From sequence record NC_042081.1: DNA of 64,000 nt; one strand, written 5' to 3'. The notes beneath the pieces were generated by a model. The model was not told the DNA's origin. It did no database searches and saw nothing but the letters and a program-made list of their open reading frames with translations. The position numbers were made by a program, and so were the translations under genes. Positions 46,396 through 54,603 of this stretch are shown one piece after another; positions within the stretch are counted from its first letter, which is position 1, and the number at the start of each line of letters is the position of its first letter.

Positions 46396-46764
46396 ATGAG
46401 TGCAATTGATAATTTAGTAAATACTTTAAGAAAGAATATTAGTGAATGTAGAAAGTTTAATCGACCCCTATTTGCACGTGTATATGCCGCATCGCAAAAT
46501 TACGATAAAATCCGTTATGCTGTAGCAGAAGAAGCCCATTATTTTAAATATGGTAAATATGCAGAAGGTAATAACCTAAATATCGATGAACTTATCAGTG
46601 ATCTATATCTGTACTACACTATCTATGTCGATGTGATCCGTAAACCATTACCCGATCCTAATGGGGATTTTATCAGCATCGTAAACCAGGATCACTATAC
46701 ACACATCTACTGGGATTTAGATCGGTGTGAATCTATTCCAGATGATGTAAAGGAATTAATGTAA
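46396..46764 (+). CDS. Hypothetical protein (gp117 position)
   Basis: AGGT RBS, 122 aa. Confidence 0.75.
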   Translation: MSAIDNLVNTLRKNISECRKFNRPLFARVYAASQNYDKIRYAVAEEAHYFKYGKYAEGNNLNIDELISDLYLYYTIYVDVIRKPLPDPNGDFISIVNQDHYTHIYWDLDRCESIPDDVKELM

Positions 46765-46814
46765 TATATTTAATTCTGATTAATCCATTCGTCTAATAAT
46801 CAATAAAGCATTTT

Positions 46815-46832
46815 AGCCCTCTTAGGAGGGCT
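46815..46832 (+). terminator. Terminator
   Basis: agccctc-ttag-gagggct then tttatg. Confidence 0.75.
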
Positions 46833-47420
46833 TTTATGTCGTATGGCTAATATGCTAGTGGATAACGAATAAAATCGATTATAGAGCAAATTAGAAGGTA
46901 TTAAAGGCATAAAGAAAGTCTATCTCTAGACTTATTATTTTTAATTAAAAAAAATATAATCTATACTGTGTCTCCTTTTAGGGAGACAGTATGTATTAGC
47001 TAACGCTATTAGAATAATGCTAATATTGTTTATTATTAGAATAAGGATATACCTTCGGTATAGTTTATTATGAAATAAAAGCCCCTACGGGGCGATCCGA
47101 TTCCTCAGTTCCACATTAGGTAAGATTCATGAGTAATATTTGATTACCAGTATCATTGAGTAATACTGGTAATAATATACTAGATTATTAACAATATGTA
47201 TTGATCATTCTGATTAAGTCAAATTAGTTAATAAACAAATCAATTATCAACGAGTGATAACGGGTATTGATTACTAGCTAAAGAGATTAATTAGGATATC
47301 TACATGAGGAGTCGCTACCCCATGTATTCTGGAGTTTCTCTTTAGCGGGAGACTTAACTCCACTTGGGAGCCGCTTTAGCGGGCGGCTCTCACTTAAACA
47401 AAAAAAGAATTCAGATAAGT

Positions 47421-47440
47421 CCCTCTCCTTTAGGAGAGGG
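47421..47440 (-). terminator. Terminator
   Basis: ccctctcc-ttta-ggagaggg. Confidence 0.75.
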
Positions 47441-47448
47441 GTTGTTTA

Positions 47449-47754
47449 TCATAGGCTTCTCCTTTCGGTTACATAGAACTTCTTCTGATCCATGTCAGTG
47501 TATGTTACTATGAAATTGTCGAAGGGGTTGATGGATACGGCTAAACCTGCGTTGTTGACGTATCCTATTGTAGGGCCAGCCCAATAACCAATGAAGTTAC
47601 CTCTACGATCTCGACATTGGATAACATTATCGGCTTGCGTTTTCGCAACCGACATGCTATGGGTTGATCCATCGGGTCTCTTGAAAAAGAAACCTACTTC
47701 CTGCATTCTGTGCAGGTCAGGGCTAACATTGTTAGCGGTAACTGGAATTAACAT
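47449..47754 (-). CDS. Hypothetical protein
   Basis: GAGGA RBS, 101 aa. Confidence 0.8.
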   Translation of the reverse strand: MLIPVTANNVSPDLHRMQEVGFFFKRPDGSTHSMSVAKTQADNVIQCRDRRGNFIGYWAGPTIGYVNNAGLAVSINPFDNFIVTYTDMDQKKFYVTERRSL

Positions 47755-47885
47755 GATTGTTCCTCTTGTTAATCCAAGCCCACTTGGGCGAAAATGTTGA
47801 GTATTTTTTACTCAACGGCATATAGCCCTACTGCTGTAACAGTAGGGCTAATTCTTTTATTCTTAAAAAGTTTAACTGAATAAAT

Positions 47886-47907
47886 GCCCTCTCCCGAAGG
47901 AGAGGGC
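47886..47907 (-). terminator. Terminator
   Basis: gccctctcc-cgaa-ggagagggc. Confidence 0.8.
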
Positions 47908-47920
47908 TTATGTCGTTAAT

Positions 47921-48196
47921 TTATTTAACCAGCGATGTTTCCCTAACACGAGAGATGCATAAATAATTACTGTAATCGCTGGGGTCGTACTCATCATACC
48001 CTAGACAACTTGTATGAATATATTCAGTACTGATATTAATCATATCAAGAGTAATACCATCACCCCATTTCTTAGTTGCCATCTCGATAATATCGGCGAT
48101 AGTATTGGCTACATAACAATCACCCAAGATATAAAAGGTATCTTCGGTATCATCCGGACGAAAATGACGAATACCATTCTGTGTATATTCACCCAT
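47921..48196 (-). CDS. Hypothetical early protein
   Basis: GAGGA RBS, 91 aa. Confidence 0.8.
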   Translation of the reverse strand: MGEYTQNGIRHFRPDDTEDTFYILGDCYVANTIADIIEMATKKWGDGITLDMINISTEYIHTSCLGYDEYDPSDYSNYLCISRVRETSLVK

Positions 48197-48197
48197 G

Positions 48198-48341
48198 TTA
48201 ATTATCCTCTTTTCCTTCTTGAGTATGATGAGTGGGCTCTACCCAGTAAAAATCAATAAACAGATCAACTGGTTTACAGCCAACCATCTCGCTGTCATCG
48301 GCCCATTTACTTTCATCTACGATAATTTCTTCATTAGTCAT
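48198..48341 (-). CDS. 47-aa acidic protein, absent from the ORF track
   Basis: AAGGAG RBS; MTNEEIIVDESKWADDSEMVGCKPVDLFIDFYWVEPTHHTQEGKEDN. Confidence 0.7.
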   Translation of the reverse strand: MTNEEIIVDESKWADDSEMVGCKPVDLFIDFYWVEPTHHTQEGKEDN

Positions 48342-48380
48342 TTGTATTTCTCCTTATTTACTATAGTGAATATTGTTTAG

Positions 48381-48593
48381 TTACATAGTCCAATTAGTGG
48401 CTTCATCAACCATATCAGCTGCTTCTTTATCAGAAGCATTCCAGAGTTTATCAGCCCATTCTTTATCCATTTCATTTTGGATATTTTCAAGACGCATGTA
48501 ATTATGCCATGCCTGACCCAGTCGAAGATTCTTATTATTTTTGTAATAAATTCCAAACTCACCACGAACTGATGCAGGAATTGAAATAGTCAC
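48381..48593 (-). CDS. Hypothetical early protein
   Basis: GTG start with AAGGAG RBS, overlapping the upstream stop (GTGA). Confidence 0.75.
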   Translation of the reverse strand: MTISIPASVRGEFGIYYKNNKNLRLGQAWHNYMRLENIQNEMDKEWADKLWNASDKEAADMVDEATNWTM

Positions 48594-48751
48594 TTTATAA
48601 TCTCCTTAGTTACTATCTGACGTGCTTCTTTATAAGAAATATTCGGATTATCATTGATGTATTTAAGAACTTTCTGATGTATAATATTCTCTCGCTCAGT
48701 TAGTTCTTTTACTACTCTTTTAAAATAACCTGGTGATCGTTTCATAGTCAT
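48590..48751 (-). CDS. 53-aa basic protein, absent from the ORF track
   Basis: ATGA overlap upstream and GTGA overlap downstream; MTMKRSPGYFKRVVKELTERE... Confidence 0.65.
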   Translation of the reverse strand: MTMKRSPGYFKRVVKELTERENIIHQKVLKYINDNPNISYKEARQIVTKEIIK

Positions 48752-48975
48752 GGTTCTTCGATTAACAAGTTATTTGCCTCGAAAAAGAATGGGGCTGACC
48801 AGCTATAATCTGGTTCATTTACCAGTTTTACACTGTTCTTGGTTTTGATAATCTTGCGATCATACCGCCAGTTTTGTGGTCCATGTTTAGGAATAGTGTA
48901 GTATTCACCATCGGGTAGATTAGTGGCTTTTTCCCATCCGAGTTCTTTAATGCTAAACTTTTTATCAGTTGTCAT
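48748..48975 (-). CDS. Hypothetical protein, paralog of 49331-49594
   Basis: Start MTTDKK with AAGGA RBS; NLPDGEYYTIPKHGP motif. Confidence 0.75.
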   Translation of the reverse strand: MTTDKKFSIKELGWEKATNLPDGEYYTIPKHGPQNWRYDRKIIKTKNSVKLVNEPDYSWSAPFFFEANNLLIEEP

Positions 48976-49038
48976 TTTCTTTATTTCCTTGCTGTCATGA
49001 AACCACCCGGTGGCCGTATCAAGCTGCGTCCCCATGGT

Positions 49039-49323
49039 TTATACTGCACGTGGGATCACTGATATCTCAAGAGTCAGATCAGCCGCGTCCAGTAGGTTTA
49101 CCAGGGCGTCCAGAGAGAACTTGTCAATCTTGCCTTTGAGAAGATCATTCAATCTCGGTTGCGTAACATGTAGGCGAGCAGCAGCGTCTTTTTGCGGAAG
49201 ATCCCAGCCCTTTATAGTACGGGTGAGAGCCCGCATGAGTTGGGAACGGATACGTAGGTTTTCAGTTTCTTTTGTCGAGTCAACTAGTGTATCCCAGACA
49301 CCGGGAGTGCATTCGTTTGCCAT
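49039..49323 (-). CDS. XRE-family HTH protein, HigA-antitoxin-like
   Basis: VWDTL...LRIRSQLM...QKDAAARLHVTQPRLNDLLKGKIDKFSLDALV matches the HTH_37/HigA pattern; GAGG RBS. Confidence 0.85.
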   Translation of the reverse strand: MANECTPGVWDTLVDSTKETENLRIRSQLMRALTRTIKGWDLPQKDAAARLHVTQPRLNDLLKGKIDKFSLDALVNLLDAADLTLEISVIPRAV

Positions 49324-49330
49324 TTATTTA

Positions 49331-49594
49331 TTACCTCTTGAGGTAAATGCTCGGATAATAAACTACATTATATTTAAAGAAATCACTTACCTTGAATTTT
49401 ATGTTCGGTGCAGTGATTAGATAACAATAATCACCATCAACCATAACGCGTCGATCATGGCTATATACCCTAGGACCATGTAACGGAGAAGTTACATAAA
49501 TCCCATTGGGAAGATTCCGTAAATCGTCTTTATTCAGAAACTTACCATTAGGATTTATAGTTAATGGATAACAACCAGGATTAAGTTTATGCAT
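49331..49594 (-). CDS. Hypothetical protein, paralog of 48748-48975
   Basis: GAGGTG RBS; NLPNGIYVTSPLHGP motif. Confidence 0.75.
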   Translation of the reverse strand: MHKLNPGCYPLTINPNGKFLNKDDLRNLPNGIYVTSPLHGPRVYSHDRRVMVDGDYCYLITAPNIKFKVSDFFKYNVVYYPSIYLKR

Positions 49595-49610
49595 ATTTCA
49601 CCTCTTTTAT

Positions 49611-49635
49611 AAACCACCCTTATATAGGGTGGTTT
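49611..49635. terminator. Hairpin terminator
   Basis: aaaccaccct-tatat-agggtggttt. Confidence 0.7.
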
Positions 49636-49639
49636 TTTT

Positions 49640-49915
49640 CTATTGACCAATATACGTGCTGGTGTATAATTCAATGGTTGGTTTATGAATGGTCAGATTA
49701 TATTTCTTAGCTAAATCATCAATATCCCTGGAACAATCAATGAATTTGCCAGTCTCTCGGTAGCGCATCACCCATGAACCCCGAAATGGTGCATCATCTA
49801 ATGGATTAATACCATATTCACGACATACCACAATTGCTTCATGTCGTGGAGTAGCACCAGTAGTGACAAAGTGATTTTCATAAACTGGGATCATTGATAC
49901 ATCTTTATTGCTCAT
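49640..49915 (-). CDS. Hypothetical protein, paralog of 50909-51160
   Basis: Start MSNKDV with GAGG RBS; REYGINP...FRGSWV...TGKFID. Confidence 0.75.
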   Translation of the reverse strand: MSNKDVSMIPVYENHFVTTGATPRHEAIVVCREYGINPLDDAPFRGSWVMRYRETGKFIDCSRDIDDLAKKYNLTIHKPTIELYTSTYIGQ

Positions 49916-49956
49916 AATAACCTCTCTAAAATTACCTGAAGGGATATGCATGATAT

Positions 49957-50454
49957 TTATTTTTGTTTTTGACTGATCATGGAGGCATTGGTGAAGTAAT
50001 ATAACGCATGTTTCCAATCTTGAGGGTCATATGTGCACTTATGAGCAACCACATAATCACCATCAATTTTTTTGAACAAGTTTACCATGATCACCTCATC
50101 CATATCAGTCCCGTTATGCACAGTTTGATAATTCAGTCTCACCAACATGTCATCTACATTGGTTTTCAACTGGAGACCATCTTTGAAGAAATCACGAACA
50201 CCATCCATGATTTGTTCATTGCGAGACAGGATGTTTTCAGAGATCTGTTCGAACATACCCCTTGCACCGATCAAACGTAATTGATCGTAATTGGGTTCAC
50301 CCATGCAGATGGCCTCATCATCACGATTACACATCTTCTCCAGCAGAACGATAGGGTTATAATCCCAAGCAACCCCACCAGTTACAACAGAGGTCAAATA
50401 GCCATAGAGACTGAGTTCACTGTCACGCTCATTTGCAGGAATCATGCGGTTCAT
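49957..50454 (-). CDS. Hypothetical protein
   Basis: Start MNRMIP with GAGGA RBS. Confidence 0.75.
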   Translation of the reverse strand: MNRMIPANERDSELSLYGYLTSVVTGGVAWDYNPIVLLEKMCNRDDEAICMGEPNYDQLRLIGARGMFEQISENILSRNEQIMDGVRDFFKDGLQLKTNVDDMLVRLNYQTVHNGTDMDEVIMVNLFKKIDGDYVVAHKCTYDPQDWKHALYYFTNASMISQKQK

Positions 50455-50489
50455 AATTAACGATCCTCGTATTGGTGTTGCAGCATAGC

Positions 50490-50873
50490 TCAGCAAGTCT
50501 CTTGAGCTTTCTCAAAACTAGCCATCGAGCGGGTGCGCGCACGCTGTAGAATAGACAAGCCGTATTTTTTGAACTTCTTCTTGTGGATGAAACCAAGGCG
50601 TTCGTAGATGAAGTCTTTACGGTCGGCGCGAGGTTTACCATCAGCTACGATACCACGGTCGAAAAGAGCCCAGAACAGAGCGCTTTCATCATGCAGGTAG
50701 TTGGCCATTTCCTGAGGCCACTGAACTGCGCATAGAGCAACGATTTGTTCAAGTAAACCACTATCTGAGATGGCATAGTACTCACGACCCTGAACATAGT
50801 TCATTTTGTCGAAGTTGCACATAGCCAGTCTGCCAGTACCCTGGTTGATTTTCTTTTGAATGTGTTCGTTCAT
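50490..50873 (-). CDS. Hypothetical protein with basic C-terminus
   Basis: AGGT RBS, 127 aa; more GC-rich than neighbours by eye. Confidence 0.75.
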   Translation of the reverse strand: MNEHIQKKINQGTGRLAMCNFDKMNYVQGREYYAISDSGLLEQIVALCAVQWPQEMANYLHDESALFWALFDRGIVADGKPRADRKDFIYERLGFIHKKKFKKYGLSILQRARTRSMASFEKAQETC

Positions 50874-50908
50874 GGTTTGACCTATTTTCAGATTTGGATT
50901 AATTATAG

Positions 50909-51160
50909 CTAGACGAAGGTATTGCGTTCGAATTGGATGGAATTACGTTCAACAATATCGTTGAGGTATTTATCATTGTCGATAAATTCCCCAGTGAGCA
51001 TGTTACGCAGAACCCAGTTCCCCCGAAGTGGTATACCGCTGTTAGGGTTGATCCCGTATTCACGCATCAAAATCCGACGATTGTGGTCAACACCTGGCTC
51101 CATGTAAGATTCACTGATAAAACATTCCACCATGTTGATAACTTCTTTAGATTCGCTCAT
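50909..51160 (-). CDS. Hypothetical protein, paralog of 49640-49915
   Basis: AAGGA RBS; REYGINP...LRGNWV...TGEFID. Confidence 0.75.
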   Translation of the reverse strand: MSESKEVINMVECFISESYMEPGVDHNRRILMREYGINPNSGIPLRGNWVLRNMLTGEFIDNDKYLNDIVERNSIQFERNTFV

Positions 51161-51231
51161 TGACTTATTCCTTCTTTTGCAGGTATTATGTAATACGATA
51201 ATGGATTATGGCTTTAACCATCAGATCCTTT

Positions 51232-51654
51232 TCACGCAGTTGGTTTGAATGGATTTGCACTACGACTACGTTTTTGATATGAAATTAGTGCACCCCATAC
51301 ATTATCGGCTGATACATATTCAGGCATAGCTTTTTCATCATTGTAACTGACACGGTATGCCTTAGCCACACCTGTGCTATCTACAATGTGAACTTTTTCA
51401 ATGACAAATGCTTTTCCAGAAGGCCCAGGGATATGTAATCCTCTTTTAAAAAGTTCTTCAAGAATGCGTTCTAATGCAATTTTAGCATTAGGGTAATCAT
51501 TATCAAGTGACTTAATACCACCTTTAATTTTATTATCTAGGTCACTGAGTGCCTTTTTAAAAACACTAACATCATGATCAAAACATTCGAGAGTGTGATC
51601 GAAGTTTTGCATGAGCGCTATTAGTAGACCATTAGGAAATACTACTTTTGACAT
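51232..51654 (-). CDS. Hypothetical protein
   Basis: AGGTG RBS, 140 aa. Confidence 0.75.
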   Translation of the reverse strand: MSKVVFPNGLLIALMQNFDHTLECFDHDVSVFKKALSDLDNKIKGGIKSLDNDYPNAKIALERILEELFKRGLHIPGPSGKAFVIEKVHIVDSTGVAKAYRVSYNDEKAMPEYVSADNVWGALISYQKRSRSANPFKPTA

Positions 51655-51664
51655 ATATCACCTA

Positions 51665-52021
51665 TTAGTAAACAGTTGGGAACGTTTGTAGGAACCAATC
51701 ATTAATACGTGTATTAACACTAGCCCCGTGTTCAGGCGCTACTTTAAAACCAGCGACGATGTCCTGTAACTCTTCAGTGAGTTTGTTGTGTACTTTACCT
51801 TCACAATCGATAAAGTCTTCTGCGGTTGGCATAACCTCAGCGCGAATAACAGAGGCACGCTTAGAAAGCATTGTAAGAATTTCATTAGACACTGAAGCAG
51901 CATTACGCAACTTATTGATTTTTACATCAATAACAGTTTTATGATAGATTTTACCAACTGCACACATTGTAACTGAACCAACAAAAATACCAAGACAGAG
52001 TGATACTTTATCAATATTCAT
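51665..52021 (-). CDS. Small protein with N-terminal membrane anchor
   Basis: SLCLGIFVGSVTMCAVG followed by basic residues. Confidence 0.75.
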   Translation of the reverse strand: MNIDKVSLCLGIFVGSVTMCAVGKIYHKTVIDVKINKLRNAASVSNEILTMLSKRASVIRAEVMPTAEDFIDCEGKVHNKLTEELQDIVAGFKVAPEHGASVNTRINDWFLQTFPTVY

Positions 52022-52082
52022 TTTGTATACCTATTTACGTTTATTGAAGTGATTAAAAAATAATACGATGTAGAAAATAAAA

Positions 52083-52100
52083 GGGAGTCCGAAGACTCCC
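52083..52100 (-). terminator. Terminator
   Basis: gggagtc-cgaa-gactccc followed by TTTTATTTT on minus. Confidence 0.8.
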
Positions 52101-52108
52101 ATTATCAG

Positions 52109-52549
52109 TTACACATCTGACACATCATCGAACAGATCAAGTTGTTTCCGATTACGTCGTTCTTCTTCTTCGATACGACGATTCTCTTCTTCAATCTCTT
52201 TCTGCCGTTTGACAAGCCTCCTGTGCAGACTCATTTGCCATGCAGTATCATAACGGCATCGCACTGATTCAATATATTTAAGCCCTACTTCATTAATGCT
52301 CTCAAGAAGATCCAGTGACACAAGTGTCTCCTTGGATGCATTAATGCTAGCCTTAAGATAATGGGCCATTGCTGTTGCTGGATGGAACGGTAGTTTATCG
52401 ACATCCATGGTCTTTTGATAAGCTTTCAGTTTATGGATAATAATTCGTCCATAATAGAATTCATAGAGTTTTTCTCTAGAATCCCAAGCAAGCTTACCGA
52501 GTACGGCTCCACTTACCATCCCTAATGTAAGAGATAGCTTAGAGTTCAT
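52109..52549 (-). CDS. Small protein with N-terminal membrane anchor and charged C-terminal coil
   Basis: Start MNSKLS with AAGGA RBS; LSLTLGMVSGAVLG. Confidence 0.75.
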   Translation of the reverse strand: MNSKLSLTLGMVSGAVLGKLAWDSREKLYEFYYGRIIIHKLKAYQKTMDVDKLPFHPATAMAHYLKASINASKETLVSLDLLESINEVGLKYIESVRCRYDTAWQMSLHRRLVKRQKEIEEENRRIEEEERRNRKQLDLFDDVSDV

Positions 52550-52856
52550 TGTTAATTGCATCCTTAATCCAGTTACGGATTTTTGATTTAATTCGATGTT
52601 TATCACTGATGGTGTTAAACATATCCAATCCATCATTAATAACGTATATAAGCTCTACTTCAATAAAGTCCGTCATTACTTCCACGGTGGTATTATCTGA
52701 ATTAGATTTGATATAATCGGAATAGTCCTTTACTTTTTCACGGATATTCTTTTCTAATTTAATCTCATTATAAACAGTCACACTGACTTCGAACACATAG
52801 ATGGTACCAGCCAGCATGAGACCAGTTTTTACAACATTACCGATAATGGAAAGCAT
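52539..52856 (-). CDS. Small protein with N-terminal membrane anchor
   Basis: AGGA RBS; IIGNVVKTGLMLAGTIYVFEVSV. Confidence 0.75.
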   Translation of the reverse strand: MLSIIGNVVKTGLMLAGTIYVFEVSVTVYNEIKLEKNIREKVKDYSDYIKSNSDNTTVEVMTDFIEVELIYVINDGLDMFNTISDKHRIKSKIRNWIKDAINNEL

Positions 52857-52901
52857 GATAATATCCTATTAGTTAATGAATGTAGATTTATTTTGATTAT
52901 A

Positions 52902-53063
52902 TTAAAACTTGATATTTAGAACACGTTTAGCTATTATAATACCAACATATACTCCTAGTGCTATCTCCGCATATTTGGTGATGACGTTTTTAATCTTCTT
53001 ATGTTTAGGTGCCTCGGGCACATCCGCGATAAGTTTTTGAAGTTTAACTTTATCAATATTCAT
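52902..53063 (-). CDS. 53-aa tail-anchored membrane protein
   Basis: Start MNIDKV with AAGGA RBS; YAEIALGVYVGIIIA. Confidence 0.7.
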   Translation of the reverse strand: MNIDKVKLQKLIADVPEAPKHKKIKNVITKYAEIALGVYVGIIIAKRVLNIKF

Positions 53064-53145
53064 TTGTATTTTCCTTTTTACGATTAATTGAAGGTTTAAC
53101 AAACTCATTCAAATATAATTTTATTATCGTAATTATATTTGAATG

Positions 53146-53162
53146 GGGCCTCAGTGAGGCCC
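53146..53162 (-). terminator. Hairpin
   Basis: gggcctc-agt-gaggccc. Confidence 0.55.
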
Positions 53163-53171
53163 TATCCATTT

Positions 53172-53510
53172 TTACATCTTACGAACTGTATCGAATACTT
53201 GATTCGTATAGTCATCGCCATAAATGATCGACAGCTTATTACGAATTACATCCAGTCGATGTTTTTCAATATTGCTCTCAGCAACAGCACTATCCATTGT
53301 CTCAGTCATTGCAGCATTGACGAACATCATGAACTCATCTGATTCACCATACTCTTTTGAAATACTTTTAAACTGATCCCTGAAACCCATGAGTTTGTCA
53401 AAGTTGGCTTTAGTCTCTTTAGCCTTCTTGTAGATAACATACCCAGTTCCAGCCAGTGATGCAGTGGCCAGAAGAAAAGATACACCTTTTGCAATCGTAT
53501 TGAATTTCAT
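53172..53510 (-). CDS. Early protein with N-terminal membrane anchor (gp105 position)
   Basis: GVSFLLATASLAGTGYVIY followed by KKAK; first gene after an early promoter. Confidence 0.8.
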   Translation of the reverse strand: MKFNTIAKGVSFLLATASLAGTGYVIYKKAKETKANFDKLMGFRDQFKSISKEYGESDEFMMFVNAAMTETMDSAVAESNIEKHRLDVIRNKLSIIYGDDYTNQVFDTVRKM

Positions 53511-53568
53511 AATAAAAGCCCCTTTTTACATTAAGTGATATGATACTATTTACAGTATTGTCATAAAT

Positions 53569-53585
53569 GTAATATACTGTTTAAA
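53569..53585 (-). promoter_or_regulatory. phiKZ early promoter
   Basis: Minus strand TTTAA-ACAG-TATATTAC. Confidence 0.8.
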
Positions 53586-53607
53586 ATGGTTTGAATATAC
53601 GACATAA

Positions 53608-53629
53608 AGCCTTCCCTAATGGGAAGGCT
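53608..53629 (-). terminator. Terminator
   Basis: agccttccc-taat-gggaaggct then TTATG on minus. Confidence 0.8.
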
Positions 53630-53633
53630 AATG

Positions 53634-54122
53634 TTAAACTGATGAATCCATCCACGGTGGATAAACAACAACAATCTGGTTAGGCATGTGATTAGACCAG
53701 TCTTCAATGATGCTTCTAACATCAGAGAAATCTAATCCACCATTAGCACACCCTAGAGGTGGTATGATAATTTTCCAATCTGGATGAATACAGTCTTCTT
53801 CATTTTCCGCAGAATCCGATACGTTCTCCATCATCCACTCTAGTCCACGTTCAATGAAACTAATTTGAGATGGGTTCCGCCAGTTATCCTTAGTGGGAAA
53901 CATCATGAAACGTTTACCATCGGATGCTTTGTAAATAACCGGATTACCAATAGTAATAATTCTCTTTTTGCAATCGTGTTTGTATCTTTCAAAAAGTTCA
54001 GGATACTTTTCTTTAAACGATTTAGCTAAACCAGCGCCCATGACGCCAACAACATTAACAGTGATTAGATAAAGATCACCAGGTACATTGAATATATCTT
54101 TACCTATAATAAATTCAGCCAT
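53634..54122 (-). CDS. Macrodomain ADP-ribosyl hydrolase, DarG-like (gp104 position)
   Basis: TVNVVGVMGAGLAKSFKEKYP, FPTKDNWRNPS, PPLGCANGGLDF. Confidence 0.9.
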   Translation of the reverse strand: MAEFIIGKDIFNVPGDLYLITVNVVGVMGAGLAKSFKEKYPELFERYKHDCKKRIITIGNPVIYKASDGKRFMMFPTKDNWRNPSQISFIERGLEWMMENVSDSAENEEDCIHPDWKIIIPPLGCANGGLDFSDVRSIIEDWSNHMPNQIVVVYPPWMDSSV

Positions 54123-54202
54123 GATAATGGCTCCTTCTACAAGAGTACTAATGAGAAGATCAAAACATAGACCTTCTCATTAGATTGGGTGCATTTCCAG
54201 GC

Positions 54203-54595
54203 TTATTGGATTTCTGGATTAGCATTGTAGAAGCCAATATAAGCCTTATTAAACTTCAAGTAATAATTATACTCTGAAGGCTCACCAGTTATTTCCCTAA
54301 ATACCTTAGCAGTTATAACTTCGAACTTAGAACGCCGTAGCATTGGGAATAATTTCTTACTGCGCGATAGCTCACACAATCTAATCGAGATAGCTTGATC
54401 TTTAAATAAACCTGATTTGGTAAAAAAAGCGCCTTCATGAAGCCATTGAATTACTTCATTAAAGTCTGCGCGCCATTTCCTATGCTCATTTAAAGTTTTA
54501 CCATTTATAAGGTACCATAAAGCTCTAACTTTAGATCCAATAGTAAAAATACCTATTACCATTACTGCTAGACATATAGCAATTATAAATGACAT
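54203..54595 (-). CDS. Membrane-anchored protein (gp103 position)
   Basis: Start MSFIIAICLAVMVIGIFTIG after AGGAGG RBS. Confidence 0.8.
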   Translation of the reverse strand: MSFIIAICLAVMVIGIFTIGSKVRALWYLINGKTLNEHRKWRADFNEVIQWLHEGAFFTKSGLFKDQAISIRLCELSRSKKLFPMLRRSKFEVITAKVFREITGEPSEYNYYLKFNKAYIGFYNANPEIQ

Positions 54596-54603
54596 ATGTC
54601 CTC

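Noticed and set aside
46761-46768. TATATTAC on the minus strand, antisense to gp117
   Set aside because: Lacks the TTTAA element at the 4-nt spacing of the three accepted promoters and overlaps a stop codon in AT-rich DNA. Copies at 17730 and 49996 inside CDSs were set aside for the same reason.
46765-47448. tRNA or CRISPR array in the long intergenic region
   Set aside because: No cloverleaf, T-loop or CCA pattern and no regularly spaced repeats; kept only as a structured region.
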